Counted from the first letter of the stretch, positions 44,348 through 57,198 are shown. The stretch: DNA of 64,000 nt from Candidatus Fraserbacteria bacterium (GCA_037440025.1 JBBIUX010000001.1:32001-96000); one strand, 5' to 3'. Numbers and translations are program-made. The notes: generated from the sequence alone by a model not told the origin.

Positions 44348-45343
44348 ATGAACGCAACGCAGCTCTTAGCAAAGAATCTGACGACAAAGCTTTCGCACGC
44401 TTATCTCATTGTGGGTTCGACTGCACCGGAGTTCGCACGGCAGGTTGTGCAACGCATCTTTTGCCATACTAGCTGTGCGACCTGCCCACACTGCACAAAA
44501 CTCGCTCACAGCACCCACCCCGATCTGACTTGGGTCAGCAAATCGGGCAAACGCATCAGCATCGACCAAGTCCGCGATCTCCAACAGAAAGCCCTCTATC
44601 CCCCAGTCGAAGCGCCCAAAAAAATCTACGTCATCGAGAGCGTCGAAGACCTCAGTCTTGAAGCCGCCAACAGTCTCCTAAAAATTCTCGAATCGCCGCC
44701 CCGGTTTTTGATCTTTATTCTGCTCGCGAAAAGCTCCAATATCCTGCCGACTATTCTCTCGCGGTGTCAGATCGTCAAACTCCCCACACCGCCGCGCCGT
44801 GAGATCGAGCGTCGTTTGCGGGAACGCGGCCTGACAGAACCAGAGATCGAATATCTTCTCAGCCTGACCAAAGGACGCACACCCGATGAGCCATCGCTCG
44901 AATCGGCGAAAAGGTTCTTAGAAGAACGTCAGAAACTTCGCCAGCAACTTGCAGGACTTCCCGACGGCGAGCTATGGGGCTACATTTCACAGAAGGATAT
45001 CTTCGTGCGACGCGAGGCGTTGTTAGAAGTCCTGCGACGCCTGAAAGCCTGGAACGCCGCGCAAGTGCTCGTTGCAGCGGCGACCTTAAGCAAATGCGAA
45101 CCCGACGTGATCGAGTCGTTCGTACGAGAGACGACCTATTGGTATCGCGATCTGTTAGCTATTCAGCATAGTGAGGACGTCTTCAATCGAGATCACATAG
45201 GCGAGCTTGCCCGCCCAGCTGGCACCCGGCTCGCTCCGGCTTTGCAAACTCTGGAAACGACGCTCTGGAAACTGCAGCGCAACGCCAATGCTCAACTTTT
45301 ATTGGAGTCGCTGCTCTTCACGCTGCGTGCCGCGCAAGCCTGA
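44348..45343 (+). CDS. holB: DNA polymerase III delta' subunit
   Basis: SHAYL, zinc motif, [34 protein letters not shown]. Confidence 0.85.
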   Translation: MNATQLLAKNLTTKLSHAYLIVGSTAPEFARQVVQRIFCHTSCATCPHCTKLAHSTHPDLTWVSKSGKRISIDQVRDLQQKALYPPVEAPKKIYVIESVEDLSLEAANSLLKILESPPRFLIFILLAKSSNILPTILSRCQIVKLPTPPRREIERRLRERGLTEPEIEYLLSLTKGRTPDEPSLESAKRFLEERQKLRQQLAGLPDGELWGYISQKDIFVRREALLEVLRRLKAWNAAQVLVAAATLSKCEPDVIESFVRETTYWYRDLLAIQHSEDVFNRDHIGELARPAGTRLAPALQTLETTLWKLQRNANAQLLLESLLFTLRAAQA

Positions 45344-46661
45344 TCCCGTTGCCCCGCGCAACTTCACGCTCTAAATCTGTAATATATCGGGTCTCGATCT
45401 CCGCCTCAACGACGATGGCCTCTTCAGTGTAAGACTCGTCCCTGACACGCCCCAGGCGATGCACGCGGTCGAGCAAACGTGCACACGCATAGGGAATCTC
45501 GAGGCGAACGCGCTCTAATCGGCTGCTGAGCGCCTGCATGATACGCGCTTGGAGCGCCTCTAGTCCAACTCCTTCCAGGGCTGCCATAGCCACAGCGTTC
45601 GGGATGGTTTGACACGCTTCCTCCAGGCGCTGCCGGTCCTCTGCACTTTGCAGTCGGTCTATTTTATTGAGCGCGTTGATCAGAGGTGGGCGTGCCCGCT
45701 CTTTGAAAACGTCGTTGAGCACGTCATTGATCGTGCGCCAATGGTCGAAGAGATTGGGGTGAGAAACATCTAAGACGTTGAGCAACAGATCGGCGTCGCG
45801 AGCGGCTTCGAGAGTAGATTCAAACGCGGGAATCAGCTGGTGCGGTAACTTCTTAATGAAGCCGACGGTGTCAGTGATGACGACAAAACGCCCGTCGGGA
45901 AGCTGCATCTGGCGCGTCAGGGGGTCGAGCGTGGCGAAGAGCTTGTCCTCAACAAAAGCATCGGCGCCGGTCAGCACGCGCAGGAGCGTAGACTTTCCCG
46001 TATTGGTGTACCCAACTAGGGCAATCTCAGGGATCCCCTTGCGCTCGCGCTGCTTGCGGCGCACGGCGCGTTCTTGCTCGGCTTTAGCTAACTGCTCTTT
46101 GAGCGTATGAGTGCGCTGACGAATCGCGTGGCGTTCTTGAGCGAGCCGGGTTTCGCCGGGGCCACGCGTGCCGATCCCGGCCCCCGGCTGCCCCAACGCC
46201 TCTGCCCAGCCCCGCAGCCGAGGAGCCAGATAGTCCAATTGAGCCAGCTCGACTTGGAGTTTCGCCTCTTTGGAGCGCGCCCGCTGCGCAAAGATATTCA
46301 TAATCAATTGGGCGCGATCTATAATCTTTCGCTGAATCTTTTCTTCTAAGTTGCGGGCCTGGGCCGGGGTGAGCGCATCGTTAACTATAATGACCTGGGC
46401 CTCAGACCGTTCAGCCAACTCCCGCAATTCTTCGGCCTTGCCCTTGCCGATAAAAAAAGTCGGATCGGGGCTCTCCCGTTTTTGCAGAATCGTTCGAAGG
46501 ACTTCCACCCCAGCCGTCCGCGCGAGCTCCATCAGTTCTTCGATGGATTCGCGCTCCTGCCAATTGGCCCCTTGCTCGAGGTCCAACCCCACTAAGAGGG
46601 CCTTTTCCTCCGCGCTGACCCGCGCCCGTTCCCCAATGCGATCCTCGATCAGCCGGTTCAT
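45318..46661 (-). CDS. hflX: GTPase HflX
   Basis: [36 protein letters not shown]. Confidence 0.95.
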   Translation of the reverse strand: MNRLIEDRIGERARVSAEEKALLVGLDLEQGANWQERESIEELMELARTAGVEVLRTILQKRESPDPTFFIGKGKAEELRELAERSEAQVIIVNDALTPAQARNLEEKIQRKIIDRAQLIMNIFAQRARSKEAKLQVELAQLDYLAPRLRGWAEALGQPGAGIGTRGPGETRLAQERHAIRQRTHTLKEQLAKAEQERAVRRKQRERKGIPEIALVGYTNTGKSTLLRVLTGADAFVEDKLFATLDPLTRQMQLPDGRFVVITDTVGFIKKLPHQLIPAFESTLEAARDADLLLNVLDVSHPNLFDHWRTINDVLNDVFKERARPPLINALNKIDRLQSAEDRQRLEEACQTIPNAVAMAALEGVGLEALQARIMQALSSRLERVRLEIPYACARLLDRVHRLGRVRDESYTEEAIVVEAEIETRYITDLEREVARGNGIRLARHAA

Positions 46662-47956
46662 CGAATCTCTGTACTGACAACCTCCTTGTCTTCTGAGATA
46701 GTCTCGTCTTCGACTATTATAGCAGCTCCCAGGCGATTCAGCTCGCCAGCTAGGTCGTGATACCCCCGCGGAATGTGATTCTCACGGTCCAGAATGACTG
46801 TTGTTCCCTGCGCGGCGATGCCAGCAAGAGTCAGCGCCGCGCCAGCGCGCACGTCGTTTGCGTGCACTGGCGTCCCAGAGAGCAGAGAGATGCCTTCGAT
46901 GAGGGCGGTAGACCCCTCCAGGCGTATCTGGGCCCCCATATGGGTCAGCTCGGTGGCCTGGGCAAAACGGCTCTCCCAAACAGTCTCTTTGATGACACTC
47001 GACCCCCGAGCGACGCTCAAGAGCGCCATCATCTGGGGTTGGAGATCTGTAGGGAATCCCGGATAGGGACGGGCCTCGACGCGCCCACCCGAAAAGCTCC
47101 CCGGCCCGTCGCTGACCACCCGCACGCTCTCCACGTGCTCTTGCACGATAATTCCCAGCTCGTCTAATTTGCTCAAAAGCGCTTCCAAATGAAGCGGCTG
47201 GCAGTGCACGGTCACGTCGCCGCCGGCGATGGCCCCGGCAATGAGAAATGTGCCGGCATTGATGCGATCCGGGATCGTCGTGTGTGTGGTCCCTTGTAAA
47301 CACTGAGCCCCCTCGATGATGAGCCGACCGGGCTCGATCATGATCCCCGCGCCCATTCTGATGAGCAAGCGTGCCAGATCGTGCACTTCGGGGTCTTGCG
47401 CGGGATTGCTGATGACCGTCCGACCGGGGATCAGAGAGGCTGTCATCATAATCTGTTCGGTCGCGCCCACCGACGGGTAGTCCAAGTGAATTTCTGCCGG
47501 GTGCAGTCTCTCTGCTTGAGCGCGATAGGCCGCGCCCACAGATGCGATCTGCGCTCCCAAAGCTTTTAGGCCCTTCAGATGGAGGTCCACGGGGCGAACG
47601 CCGATGGGGCAGCCGCCGGGCAGCGCCACTTGACTGCAACCAACACGTGCCATAAGCGGCCCCAACAGACAAAAAGACGCCCGTAATCTTCTCACCAGAT
47701 GATCCGTCGGGGTGCCGCTCAGCGGCTTATCCGTACGAATGCTATAGATATTTGATCCCAGCGGCTGAACTCTCTTTCCCAGGCTCTCCAGCAGAGCAAT
47801 CATCGTGCGCACGTCGCCTACGTCCGGCACGTTCTCTAAGATGATCTCCTCGTCGGTGAGCAATGTTGCAGCCAACAGGGGCAGGGTAGCGTTCTTCGCC
47901 CCGTCAACCGATACCTCTCCAAACAGCCGGCGGCCTCCGTAGACCGTGAGCCTCAT
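46658..47956 (-). CDS. murA: UDP-N-acetylglucosamine 1-carboxyvinyltransferase
   Basis: [33 protein letters not shown]. Confidence 0.95.
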   Translation of the reverse strand: MRLTVYGGRRLFGEVSVDGAKNATLPLLAATLLTDEEIILENVPDVGDVRTMIALLESLGKRVQPLGSNIYSIRTDKPLSGTPTDHLVRRLRASFCLLGPLMARVGCSQVALPGGCPIGVRPVDLHLKGLKALGAQIASVGAAYRAQAERLHPAEIHLDYPSVGATEQIMMTASLIPGRTVISNPAQDPEVHDLARLLIRMGAGIMIEPGRLIIEGAQCLQGTTHTTIPDRINAGTFLIAGAIAGGDVTVHCQPLHLEALLSKLDELGIIVQEHVESVRVVSDGPGSFSGGRVEARPYPGFPTDLQPQMMALLSVARGSSVIKETVWESRFAQATELTHMGAQIRLEGSTALIEGISLLSGTPVHANDVRAGAALTLAGIAAQGTTVILDRENHIPRGYHDLAGELNRLGAAIIVEDETISEDKEVVSTEIR

Positions 47957-48900
47957 GGTGGTAAGAGCGCGAGCGGGTTGAGCGGTCGGCCGTATTGCAC
48001 AATTTCAAAGTGCAAATGCGGGCCGGTCGAGTTCCCCGTGGTGCCCGAGCGGGCGATGCGCTGACCTCCTTCAATGAATTGTCCGCGATAGACGACAATC
48101 TCTGACAGATGCGCGTACAGCGTGCGATACCCGTTGCTGTGCTCGAGAACGACATAGAGTCCATAACCGTTATGGTGTCCGGCGAAACGAACCCGACCGG
48201 CGCAGGCGGCATAGACATCGGTGCCTTCGGGGACTTCGATATCGATCCCCTCATGAAAGTCGGGTTCCCCGCTGATGGGGTGAATGCGTGGCCCAAAGCC
48301 TGAAGTGAGCACGCCGCGGACCGGCCAAGCAAAAAAGCTCTTCGTGCCGCCGGCCATCTGAAGATACGTAAAGCCGGGCGACGTGACAGCATTGGGGATG
48401 AAAAACTCCTCGTTGGGATAGATATATTCTCGTCCTTCCAAGCGATTGACTCTCAAAATCTCCTCGAGCGAGACGCCGTATGTTTGTGAGATATCTGTCA
48501 GTGTTTGGCCAGGCTTGACCCGGTGCAACACCCCGTTCTTGACGATCTTTAAGACCGTTCCAGGCTCGACATTCTGAAGGTCATCGAGACTGTTCGCGTT
48601 GCTCCCGACAAGAGTCTCGAGAGAGATGCCAAAGCGTGCAGCGATATGCGTTAACATCTCGCCCGGTTGGACCTCGTATTCGATGATGTCGGGCGCGTGG
48701 GCCAGCACAGTGTACTCTTCGCGCCCGTGCGAGAGAGGTCCCCCTTGAGCTGTGGCCCCCACCCCGGCCTGCGGCCACTGCTCTCCCGTCTTGCCAGGAG
48801 AGAGGCCAGGGACCAGGGTCAAAAGCGCCCCCAACATCAAGCCCAGCCCGCCACACCCCAGCACCAAGAACTGACACACTGATCGCCGAGGTCTACTCAT
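47953..48900 (-). CDS. LysM / M23 peptidase
   Basis: Two LysM repeats, HEGID, YAHL, TGPHLHFE. Confidence 0.9.
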   Translation of the reverse strand: MSRPRRSVCQFLVLGCGGLGLMLGALLTLVPGLSPGKTGEQWPQAGVGATAQGGPLSHGREEYTVLAHAPDIIEYEVQPGEMLTHIAARFGISLETLVGSNANSLDDLQNVEPGTVLKIVKNGVLHRVKPGQTLTDISQTYGVSLEEILRVNRLEGREYIYPNEEFFIPNAVTSPGFTYLQMAGGTKSFFAWPVRGVLTSGFGPRIHPISGEPDFHEGIDIEVPEGTDVYAACAGRVRFAGHHNGYGLYVVLEHSNGYRTLYAHLSEIVVYRGQFIEGGQRIARSGTTGNSTGPHLHFEIVQYGRPLNPLALLPP

Positions 48901-50185
48901 TGCGCATTAATTCCAAAAACTGCTCGTTGGTCTCGGTCTGCTCCATCCGGGATATAATCCATTCAAGGGCTTTTTGCTTGTCGTTCATATCGCCTATGAG
49001 CTTTCTCAACACCCAGACGCGCTTGAGCGTCTTCTCCGAGAGCAAGAGCTCTTCTTTGCGGGTGCCAGACACTTCCAGATCAATCGCCGGGAAGATGCGC
49101 TTGTTGGCCAAATTTCTGTCCAGAATCAACTCCATATTGCCGGTGCCCTTGAACTCTTCAAAGACTACTTGGTCCAAGCGCGAGCCCGTGTCTACTAAGG
49201 CTGTCCCGATGATAGTGAGACTGCCGCCGTCTTTGATATTGCGCGCCGCGCCCAAAAACTCTTTGGGCTTATAGAGTGCCGTGGGGTCCATGCCGCCGGA
49301 GAGCAATTTGCCACTAGGAGCAATAGCTAAGTTATACGCGCGCGCCAAGCGTGTGATAGAATCCATCAAGATCACTACGTCGCGCCCCATCTCGACCAAG
49401 CGTTTCGCCTTGGCAATGACTAACTCAGAGATACGGCAGTGAATCTCGGGTTTCTGATCGAACGTCGCTGCGACAACCTCGCCCATCGTAACAGATTCCC
49501 TGAAATCGGTGACCTCTTCGGGGCGCTCGTCTACCAATAAGACGATCAGATAGACTTCCGGTTGGTTGGCGGCGATCCCATGGGCGATATGCTTTAACAG
49601 AGTCGTCTTGCCGGCCTTGGGCGGTGAAACGATCAGGCCACGCTGGCCTTTCCCAATCGGCGCGAACAGATCAATGATTCGGGTGGAAAACTCGTCGCTA
49701 TCGTACTCCAGCTTCAGATGCGCCCGCGGGTGATAGGGGATGAGGTCTTCAAAGGCCTGACGGTTGCGAATGACGTCGGGGTCTTCAAAGTTGATCGCTT
49801 CGATCTTCAAGAGCGCAAAGTATTTCTCCTCTTCCTTGGGCGGGCGGACGACGCCGCTGACGACGTCGCCGTCTTTGAGGGCAAAGCGCTTGATCTGCGA
49901 TGGGGAGACATAGATATCGTGGGAGCCCGGCAGGCACGATCTATCCCGCAAAAAGCCGTACCCGTCGGGTAAAATCTCTAAAACCCCGTCTTTGAAATGC
50001 AGCCCTTGCTTCTCGGCCTGGGCTTTGAGAATAGCAAAGACGAGGTCTTCTTTTTTAATGCGTCCGCGCCCATTGATATTGAACTGCTCAGCCAAGGCGC
50101 GCAGCTCCGACATGTCCTTGGACTTTAACTCCGTAATATCGAGAACCTCACTCATCTTCTTCTCTTCCTTTTTTTCCTCAGGCAT
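48893..50185 (-). CDS. rho: Transcription termination factor Rho
   Basis: DGYGFLR, DIYVSPSQI, PPKAGKT, DERPEEVTD, EEFKGTGNME. Confidence 0.97.
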   Translation of the reverse strand: MPEEKKEEKKMSEVLDITELKSKDMSELRALAEQFNINGRGRIKKEDLVFAILKAQAEKQGLHFKDGVLEILPDGYGFLRDRSCLPGSHDIYVSPSQIKRFALKDGDVVSGVVRPPKEEEKYFALLKIEAINFEDPDVIRNRQAFEDLIPYHPRAHLKLEYDSDEFSTRIIDLFAPIGKGQRGLIVSPPKAGKTTLLKHIAHGIAANQPEVYLIVLLVDERPEEVTDFRESVTMGEVVAATFDQKPEIHCRISELVIAKAKRLVEMGRDVVILMDSITRLARAYNLAIAPSGKLLSGGMDPTALYKPKEFLGAARNIKDGGSLTIIGTALVDTGSRLDQVVFEEFKGTGNMELILDRNLANKRIFPAIDLEVSGTRKEELLLSEKTLKRVWVLRKLIGDMNDKQKALEWIISRMEQTETNEQFLELMRNE

Positions 50186-50404
50186 AGCGTTCGGCGGGCA
50201 CCTCCCGGATAAGGGAACTGTGAGATATTAAGAAACTCCTCTCATTGAGATCCGCTTTGAGCACTACACCAATCCTTTGTTCTCTGAGCAGCAACGAACC
50301 GCCCTTCACAAGAAGGAGCATTCAACACGACGAGCTGTCACAGAGCAGCAAGATTGAGAGAGTAATGCATAAGATTTGGTGACACTATTATAGCACGTGA
50401 CTCC

Positions 50405-51670
50405 TTATGAGGCAAGTCCCATCTCGACGAGCTTCTCATAGAGTGGGAACCGCTCGCAGAGTTGACGCACCCGACGGCGCGCTTGCTCGCGGGCTCGTTC
50501 TGTTCGCTCCAGGAGCACTTGGGCGATAATCTCTGCTATTTCAGCCATCTCTGATGGTCCCATCCCTCGCGTCGTCACCGCCGGTGTACCCAGGCGAATC
50601 CCGCTGGTGATCGTAGGCTTTTGGGGATCGAAGGGAATGGCGTTCTTGTTGACCGTCACCCCCACTTCTTCGAGCACGCGCTCGGCCTCGGCCCCGGTAA
50701 TATTCTTTGACGTCAAGTCCACCAAGAGCAAATGGGTGTCCGTTCCACCGGAGACGATGCGAAAACTGTGCTCTTCGAGCACCTGCGCCAGCGCCCGCGC
50801 GTTCTGCACAATCTGCGCCTGATAGGCGCGAAACTCCGGCTGCAGCGCCTCCTGAAAAGCCACGGCTTTCGCAGCGATTACATGCATCAGGGGCCCGCCT
50901 TGGCTGCCCGGGAAGACCGACTTGTCAATGAGCTCAGCGAATCTCTCACGGCAGAGTATGGCGCCGCCGCGCGGCCCCCGCAAGGTCTTGTGTGTGGTCA
51001 TGGTGACGAAGTCTGCCCAAGGCACGGGTGACGGATGTACCCCTCCGGCAATCAGCCCCGCTATATGCGCGACATCTGCCATCAGATACGCCCCGACTTC
51101 ATCAGCGATCTCTCGGAATTTTTTGAAGTCAATGATTCGGGGATAGGCACTGGCCCCACAGACGATCAGTTTGGGTTTATGTTCACGAGCGAGCCGGCGC
51201 ACCTCGTCATAGTCAATCCGTTCCGTCTCGCGGGTGACCCCATAGTGGACTACTTTATAGAGCTTGCCCGACACCGTCGCTTTATGCCCGTGGGAGAGAT
51301 GCCCCCCGTGCGCGAGCGACATACTCAGAATAGTATCCCCCGGCTGGAGCACGGCGAAGTAGACAGCCATATTCGCTTGGGTTCCCGAATGGGGTTGGAC
51401 GTTGGCGTGCTCGGCCCCAAAGAGTTTTTTCAGGCGCTCGCGCGCCAAATTCTCTACGATGTCCATCCACTCGCAGCCGCCGTAGTAGCGTTTCTTGGGG
51501 TACCCTTCAGCATATTTATTTGTTAATACAGAACCCTGGGCTTCGAGCACGGCGCGCGAGCAAAAATTCTCTGAAGCAATCAGCTCAAGAGAAAAGCGTT
51601 GGCGCTCCAGCTCGTTTTGCAGAGCGCGATAGACTTCAGCATCTGTGCGAGCCAGTTCACTGTCACTCAT
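50405..51670 (-). CDS. glyA: Serine hydroxymethyltransferase
   Basis: [26 protein letters not shown]. Confidence 0.97.
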   Translation of the reverse strand: MSDSELARTDAEVYRALQNELERQRFSLELIASENFCSRAVLEAQGSVLTNKYAEGYPKKRYYGGCEWMDIVENLARERLKKLFGAEHANVQPHSGTQANMAVYFAVLQPGDTILSMSLAHGGHLSHGHKATVSGKLYKVVHYGVTRETERIDYDEVRRLAREHKPKLIVCGASAYPRIIDFKKFREIADEVGAYLMADVAHIAGLIAGGVHPSPVPWADFVTMTTHKTLRGPRGGAILCRERFAELIDKSVFPGSQGGPLMHVIAAKAVAFQEALQPEFRAYQAQIVQNARALAQVLEEHSFRIVSGGTDTHLLLVDLTSKNITGAEAERVLEEVGVTVNKNAIPFDPQKPTITSGIRLGTPAVTTRGMGPSEMAEIAEIIAQVLLERTERAREQARRRVRQLCERFPLYEKLVEMGLAS

Positions 51671-51683
51671 AGGGTGCTGTCCG

Positions 51684-52118
51684 TTATTGTTCGTGGGCGC
51701 GAATCTTCTCTACGCGGCGCTGGTGGCGCCCGCCCTCAAAAGACTCGTTCAGCCACGCCGCGACGATCTCTGTGGCCAAGCCGGAACCGATCACGCGGCC
51801 GCCAAAACAGAGAATATTGGTGTCGTTATCACGGCGGCTCATCTTCGCTGAGTAGACATCGCTACACGCCGCCGCCCGAATGCCCCTCACTTTATTCGCA
51901 GCAACGGCCATCCCAATTCCGGTGCCACAGATCAAAATACCTCGGTCAAACTCACCGGCTGCTACGGCCTGGGCCACGGGAAACGCTACATCAGGATAGT
52001 CTACCGACTCTGGGGTAAAAACGCCAAAGTCGCGAACGGCCTGCCCTTGCAGCACGCCAGCCAAGAGAGCTTCTTTGAGCGCCAAGCCGTTGTGATCAGA
52101 ACCGATGGCAATTTTCAT
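51684..52118 (-). CDS. rpiB: Ribose-5-phosphate isomerase B
   Basis: [34 protein letters not shown]. Confidence 0.95.
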   Translation of the reverse strand: MKIAIGSDHNGLALKEALLAGVLQGQAVRDFGVFTPESVDYPDVAFPVAQAVAAGEFDRGILICGTGIGMAVAANKVRGIRAAACSDVYSAKMSRRDNDTNILCFGGRVIGSGLATEIVAAWLNESFEGGRHQRRVEKIRAHEQ

Positions 52119-52206
52119 AATCTATAGGCTGTCATGCTGAGCGAAGCGAAGCATCGTTGCGCAGCTTCTTCCCGCTGGGCAGCCAGAAGGATATCCAGAA
52201 GGTGAT

Positions 52207-52866
52207 TTACCCCACCCGTGTGAAGACCGAGCGCACGATGTCGCCGTACATCTTGAAGCGCGAGACCAGCCCACGGGATAACCCGAATTTCTCTTCTTTC
52301 ATCACGTGCGTCACGCCGTCCAGCTCGACGAACCCTTGCGTCCAGCTTTCCTTGAAGGCCAGTTTTGTCAGGGCGATTTCGACACCGAAATCGAGTTTAT
52401 GAATCTTTCGGCGCAGCTTCTGCCATAATGGCTTACTCAATACACGCTGTCCAGACAGATAAGGCGCGACAGCCTGAGCCAGGTCGGTGTTAAGTCGCCC
52501 GTTACGGAAGATGCCCACGACCATATCCAATCGCTCTTCAAAATACTTTCGCACCATACGCTCAACGTGATCAGGGCGCAGGCCCACCAGATCGGCATCG
52601 AGAAAGAGCACCGTCTCGTAGCGCGCTTTGTGTACGCCGCGGTCCAGCGCGACGGATTTGCCACAGTTAGCAGGCAATGAGACCACTCTCACCCCGAACG
52701 ACCGCGCCACGGCAGTCGTCTCGTCAGCCGAACCGTCGTCAATGACGATGACCTCACCGACCGACGGGGCTTGCAGGAGAGGCCACAATACAGCAGCAAT
52801 TCGTTCGGCCTCATTGTATGCCGGAACGATGGCTGAAACCCGCTTCACGTTTCGAGATGCACTCAT
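52207..52866 (-). CDS. Family 2 glycosyltransferase
   Basis: IVPAYNEAERI, IDDGS.D.T, FLDADL, LSGQR; start uncertain. Confidence 0.85.
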   Translation of the reverse strand: MSASRNVKRVSAIVPAYNEAERIAAVLWPLLQAPSVGEVIVIDDGSADETTAVARSFGVRVVSLPANCGKSVALDRGVHKARYETVLFLDADLVGLRPDHVERMVRKYFEERLDMVVGIFRNGRLNTDLAQAVAPYLSGQRVLSKPLWQKLRRKIHKLDFGVEIALTKLAFKESWTQGFVELDGVTHVMKEEKFGLSRGLVSRFKMYGDIVRSVFTRVG

Positions 52867-52970
52867 TACCAGCCAAATTTTACGTATCGGCATGGATGAA
52901 GTCAAATAAGCATCCCCCAAGGTTGACAACCTTGCCCTGATGACGACTTTCGGCTATTCTCTCAGACACT

Positions 52971-53786
52971 ATGCTGAAGGACACTGCTGTAGCTATCATT
53001 GGGCTGGGCAAGATCGGCGGTGCTTTAGCGAGCAGCCTCCTGCGCAACAAGATCGTGGGCAAAGACAATCTCATGGGCACGACCGGCCATCGCGAGAGCG
53101 CGGCTGAAGCCGCCAAACGCTACGGCGTCAAGACCCTGACTGACAATGTCCGGGCCATCGCCGACGCCCAGATTATCATTCTGGCCGTCAAACCCCAGAC
53201 AATGAAGGAAATCTTGACCGAGATCAAAGAGGCCGTCCGGGAAGACCAGCTCGTCATCACCCTGGCTGCCGCCCGGACGACGCGCTTCATCGAAGACCAT
53301 CTACAAAAAAATATTCCCGTCGTGCGGGCTATGCCCAACACGCCCTGCTTAGTCAACGCCGGGATGACCGTGCTCTGTCCAGGGCGCTACGCTGCCAAAG
53401 AGCACATCGGATTAGCCAAAGAGATCTTTGCTTCTGTCGGCTTAGTCGCGGTGATTGACAACGAAGAGCTGATGGACGCCGTGACGGCGCTGTCGGGGAG
53501 CGGGCCGGCGTATGCGTACATCATGATCGAAGCCTTAGCTGAGGGCGGAGTCAAAGTGGGGCTGCCCCGGTCGCTCTCGACGACGTTGGCTGCTCAGTCT
53601 CTGTTGGGCGCAGCCAAGATGGTCTTAGAATCCAAAGAGCACCCGGCCAAGCTCAAAGACGAAGTGACAACGCCCGCCGGTGTCACGATAGATGGGATTA
53701 TGGCGCTGGAAGACGGCGGGATTCGCGTTACCCTGATTAAGACCGTAGATCGGGCGACGGAGAAATCGAAAGAGCTGTCACAGTAA
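52971..53786 (+). CDS. proC: Pyrroline-5-carboxylate reductase
   Basis: GLGKIG, LAVKPQ, RAMPNTP, ALSGSGPAY, VTTPAG.T. Confidence 0.95.
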   Translation: MLKDTAVAIIGLGKIGGALASSLLRNKIVGKDNLMGTTGHRESAAEAAKRYGVKTLTDNVRAIADAQIIILAVKPQTMKEILTEIKEAVREDQLVITLAAARTTRFIEDHLQKNIPVVRAMPNTPCLVNAGMTVLCPGRYAAKEHIGLAKEIFASVGLVAVIDNEELMDAVTALSGSGPAYAYIMIEALAEGGVKVGLPRSLSTTLAAQSLLGAAKMVLESKEHPAKLKDEVTTPAGVTIDGIMALEDGGIRVTLIKTVDRATEKSKELSQ

Positions 53787-53868
53787 TCACCCTAGACTGG
53801 AGATTAGACGCATCGCCGAGAGCCCTGTATACTTAATCTGAGTTCCCTCGTACTCGAGGCGTAGAGCA

Positions 53869-55299
53869 ATGTCAAATCTAATCAGCGTCTTTGAGGCTCC
53901 AGCAAGAAAACAGGATGTAGCTTCAGGCGAAATAGATCGCCTCGACAGCGAGTTGTTTCAGCGTTTTCAGAGCAAATTTGTCCTTCAACCTTCGCTGACT
54001 CGCGCTCTGGTCAGTTTTCAGGCCAACAAGACCAGGCCAGTATATCGTTGGTACAAATACAAAGAAGCATTCTCGGCTGCGTTGGTCGAGCATCTATTTC
54101 ACAAGCGTGGAATTGTCAAAGGCAGAATTTTGGATCCTTTTGCAGGCAGTGGCACGGCTCTGTTTGTGGCCAGTGCTACGGGATTAGATGCAGATGGCAT
54201 TGAATTGTTGCCCATCGGCCAACAGATCATCGCTACCAAACGAATTTTGGACCAGGGGTTTACGCCGAAAGATTTTGAAGCCCTACAGCGTTGGTCAACG
54301 CTACGGGTTTGGGAACAATCCAAAACACGAGTTCCTTTGCCGGAGTTGCGAATCACGCAAGGAGCTTATTCTGACAGAACGAAAGAGGCCATTGAGAAAT
54401 ACTTGGGCGCCTGCCAACAAGAGAATACCAGGGTCCAGATCGTATTACGCTTTGCTTTGCTTTGCATCCTAGAGTCTATAAGTTTTACACGCAAAGATGG
54501 ACAATATCTGCGCTGGGATTACCGGTCTGGTCGCGGGCATGGCAAGAGAACCTTCGACAAAGGCGAAATCCCCACTTTCGAGCAAGCAATTAGTGAGAAA
54601 ATCAACGAGATCGTTTCCGATCTCTCGCCCGCACACCAGTCGAGCTTATTCCCCACGAAAAAATCACAGGGTGAAATCAACTTGTATGAGGGCTCATCTC
54701 TTTATCTTTTGCCTCAGTTCCCTGATGATACATACGACGCCATTGTTACCTCCCCGCCTTACTGCAACCGCTATGACTACACCAGAACATACGCGCTCGA
54801 GCTGGCATTGCTCGGCTTAGATGAGCAAGAGATCGCGAGACTGCGTCAAGAGATGCTCAGCTGCACCGTGGAAAACCGAGCCAAGGATTTGCTCAAGATC
54901 AACCCGCGCTGGACAGCAGCCCTTACGGCTGCCGATGGACAGAAATTGTTACAGACCATTCTAGAATACCTGGACGATCAGAAAGCACAAGGCGCATTGA
55001 ACAACAATGGCATCCCTCGTATGGTCAGAGGGTATTTCTATGAAATGGCCTGCGTCATCGCAGAGTGTGCTCGCGTCTTGAAGGCTCACGCGCCTCTCTT
55101 CATGGTGAACGACAATGTTCGCTATGCGGGCGCAAGCATTTCTGTGGATATGATACTTTCCGACATTGCTGAGAGATTGGGCTTCCGAGTAGAGAGCATT
55201 CTTGTCTTGCCTGACGGCAAAGGCAACAGCAGCCAGCAGATGGGGCGACATGGGCGCCAACACCTGCGGAAGTGCGTGTACGTTTGGAGAACACTGTAA
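53869..55299 (+). CDS. N4-cytosine DNA methyltransferase (AvaI/BsoBI-type R-M)
   Basis: [31 protein letters not shown]. Confidence 0.85.
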   Translation: MSNLISVFEAPARKQDVASGEIDRLDSELFQRFQSKFVLQPSLTRALVSFQANKTRPVYRWYKYKEAFSAALVEHLFHKRGIVKGRILDPFAGSGTALFVASATGLDADGIELLPIGQQIIATKRILDQGFTPKDFEALQRWSTLRVWEQSKTRVPLPELRITQGAYSDRTKEAIEKYLGACQQENTRVQIVLRFALLCILESISFTRKDGQYLRWDYRSGRGHGKRTFDKGEIPTFEQAISEKINEIVSDLSPAHQSSLFPTKKSQGEINLYEGSSLYLLPQFPDDTYDAIVTSPPYCNRYDYTRTYALELALLGLDEQEIARLRQEMLSCTVENRAKDLLKINPRWTAALTAADGQKLLQTILEYLDDQKAQGALNNNGIPRMVRGYFYEMACVIAECARVLKAHAPLFMVNDNVRYAGASISVDMILSDIAERLGFRVESILVLPDGKGNSSQQMGRHGRQHLRKCVYVWRTL

Positions 55300-56258
55300 T
55301 GCCCAGGCGCCCCCCTTATCGAAATCATCTCCAATCTAGCAATGATCTTGTAACAACATATGAAGCCACGCGGGCGGGTTTTGTTGTTCTTGCACTGGAG
55401 AAAAACCGTCGCGCCACTCCTCATGTGGCAGAAGCAAGAGCATTACAAGAAGCCGCATCGAAAGCCAAAACACCTGCTGACTTGCTCACTATCAGTGGCA
55501 TAGAGTCGGGGCTTCTCACAGCAGCGGGGCTATCTGACAAATCTCTCGCTCATTTACTGCCAGAAGACAAGACAGAAGCCATAAACGGCCTGATCAAGAA
55601 TTTTCTGGAGCCAGCAGGAGCCAAATTTGTTGAAGAGTTAGTGTTTCGGTTTCTGCTCACTCGCGGTGATACGTTAGGCGGCTCCATGCGGAACCTCGGC
55701 GGCGCGTTAGCGCAAAGGAAACTCACCAGATCCATTATCTCAACGCTGAGGATCGCCGGTATTAAATACAGATGGCAACATGCAAAGACCAAGAGATGGG
55801 CTGACATGACCGAGGATGACTCGGAAATAGAACTATCTTTGCGCGGGTTAAGCTGGCAAACCAAAGGCAAAAGCCGTACCTTGATTTACAATCTGACTGT
55901 GCCTTTGATTAAGAACAACGTGGATATGTGCTTGTTCAATCTCAGCCTCGAGGAGTTGGAAGCCACCAACTACAAACCGGCCAAGGCATATATTGCTCTT
56001 GGCGAACTCAAGGGTGGTATAGACCATGCAGGTGCAGATGAGCATTGGAAAACTGCACGAGCCGCCCTGGACCGTATCCGTGAAGCGTTTTCTAAAGCGA
56101 AACATTCGTCACACACTTTTTTCATCGGTGCTGCCATTGAGAAGAAGATGGCAAACGAGATTTGGAGCCAACTGAAGGAGGGCCTGCTCAGCAACGCCGC
56201 TAATTTGAATGAGCCACATCAGATTGCGTCAATTTCTCATTGGTTCTGCTCTCTCTAA
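55299..56258 (+). CDS. AvaI/BsoBI-family type II restriction endonuclease
   Basis: [42 protein letters not shown] coupling to the methyltransferase. Confidence 0.85.
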   Translation: MPRRPPYRNHLQSSNDLVTTYEATRAGFVVLALEKNRRATPHVAEARALQEAASKAKTPADLLTISGIESGLLTAAGLSDKSLAHLLPEDKTEAINGLIKNFLEPAGAKFVEELVFRFLLTRGDTLGGSMRNLGGALAQRKLTRSIISTLRIAGIKYRWQHAKTKRWADMTEDDSEIELSLRGLSWQTKGKSRTLIYNLTVPLIKNNVDMCLFNLSLEELEATNYKPAKAYIALGELKGGIDHAGADEHWKTARAALDRIREAFSKAKHSSHTFFIGAAIEKKMANEIWSQLKEGLLSNAANLNEPHQIASISHWFCSL

Positions 56259-56284
56259 GCCCACAGAATCCGCTGTCGCAATAG

Positions 56285-57079
56285 TCACCGCCGCCCGCAA
56301 AACTCCTCGTAATCTATCAGTTCTGTGATCTGAGGGCGCTCCCCGCAGACTGCACAATTAGGGTTGCGCTTGAGCGTGACTTCAGTGAACGAGAGCGAAC
56401 GTGCGTCCATCAATAAGAGTCGCCCTTTCAGCGTGGGTTCGATCCCGACTAAGAGCTTCAAAGCTTCGTTGGCCTGGACGAGCCCGACCAGCCCCGCGGC
56501 TGTGGGGAAGACCCCTGCTTCGGCACACGAAGCAATCGTCCCCGGCGGCGGAGGGTTTTCATACACACAGCGATAGCACGGCTCTCCCGGCGTAAAAACC
56601 GTCACTTGCCCCTCAAATCCCAAGACGCTTCCGTGCACGTCCGGTTTTCTTAGCAGCACACAGGCGTCATTGACCAGATAGCGCGTGGGGAAGTTGTCCG
56701 AGCCGTCTACGATCACGTCGTACTCTCTCAAAATTTCCAGCGCGTTCTCTGAAGTCAATCGCTCAGGGTAAGCAACAAGCTCGATGTCGGGATTGAGGGC
56801 CCTGAGCTTCTCTGTAGCAGACTCAATCTTGGGCCGGTTCAGATTGGACGTCGCGTGCAGGATCTGTCGGTGCAAGTTGGAAAGCTCGACGCGCTCGCTG
56901 TCAATGAGCCCTAACTTGCCCACGCCTGCTGCCGCCAGATAGAGCGCCGCGGGCGAGCCCAGACCGCCCAGCCCAATTATCAAGACGCTCGCCCCCTTGA
57001 GGGTCTGTTGCCCACACCCGCCGATCAACAGAATTTGGCGCGAATACCGTTCGAGCTCGACCTCATCGAGCCGGGTCAT
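56285..57079 (-). CDS. MoeB/ThiF-family adenylyltransferase
   Basis: RYSRQ, GLGGLGSP, SNLHRQ, DNFPTRY, CYRC...CAEAG, CAVC. Confidence 0.9.
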   Translation of the reverse strand: MTRLDEVELERYSRQILLIGGCGQQTLKGASVLIIGLGGLGSPAALYLAAAGVGKLGLIDSERVELSNLHRQILHATSNLNRPKIESATEKLRALNPDIELVAYPERLTSENALEILREYDVIVDGSDNFPTRYLVNDACVLLRKPDVHGSVLGFEGQVTVFTPGEPCYRCVYENPPPPGTIASCAEAGVFPTAAGLVGLVQANEALKLLVGIEPTLKGRLLLMDARSLSFTEVTLKRNPNCAVCGERPQITELIDYEEFCGRR

Positions 57080-57198
57080 AGAAAATCGTCAGTATTGTAC
57101 GGCTTTTTAGCTCATACAGCAATCCGGGTCTTGACAAAGGCCGGCTCTTTATGGTACAAGAAAGAGTCAGTTGAGGTTGGCCCTTCTCACAGAAGGGC

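Noticed and set aside
50186..50400. Riboswitch in the long rho leader
   Set aside because: No recognisable aptamer; long rho leaders are expected from Rho autoregulation
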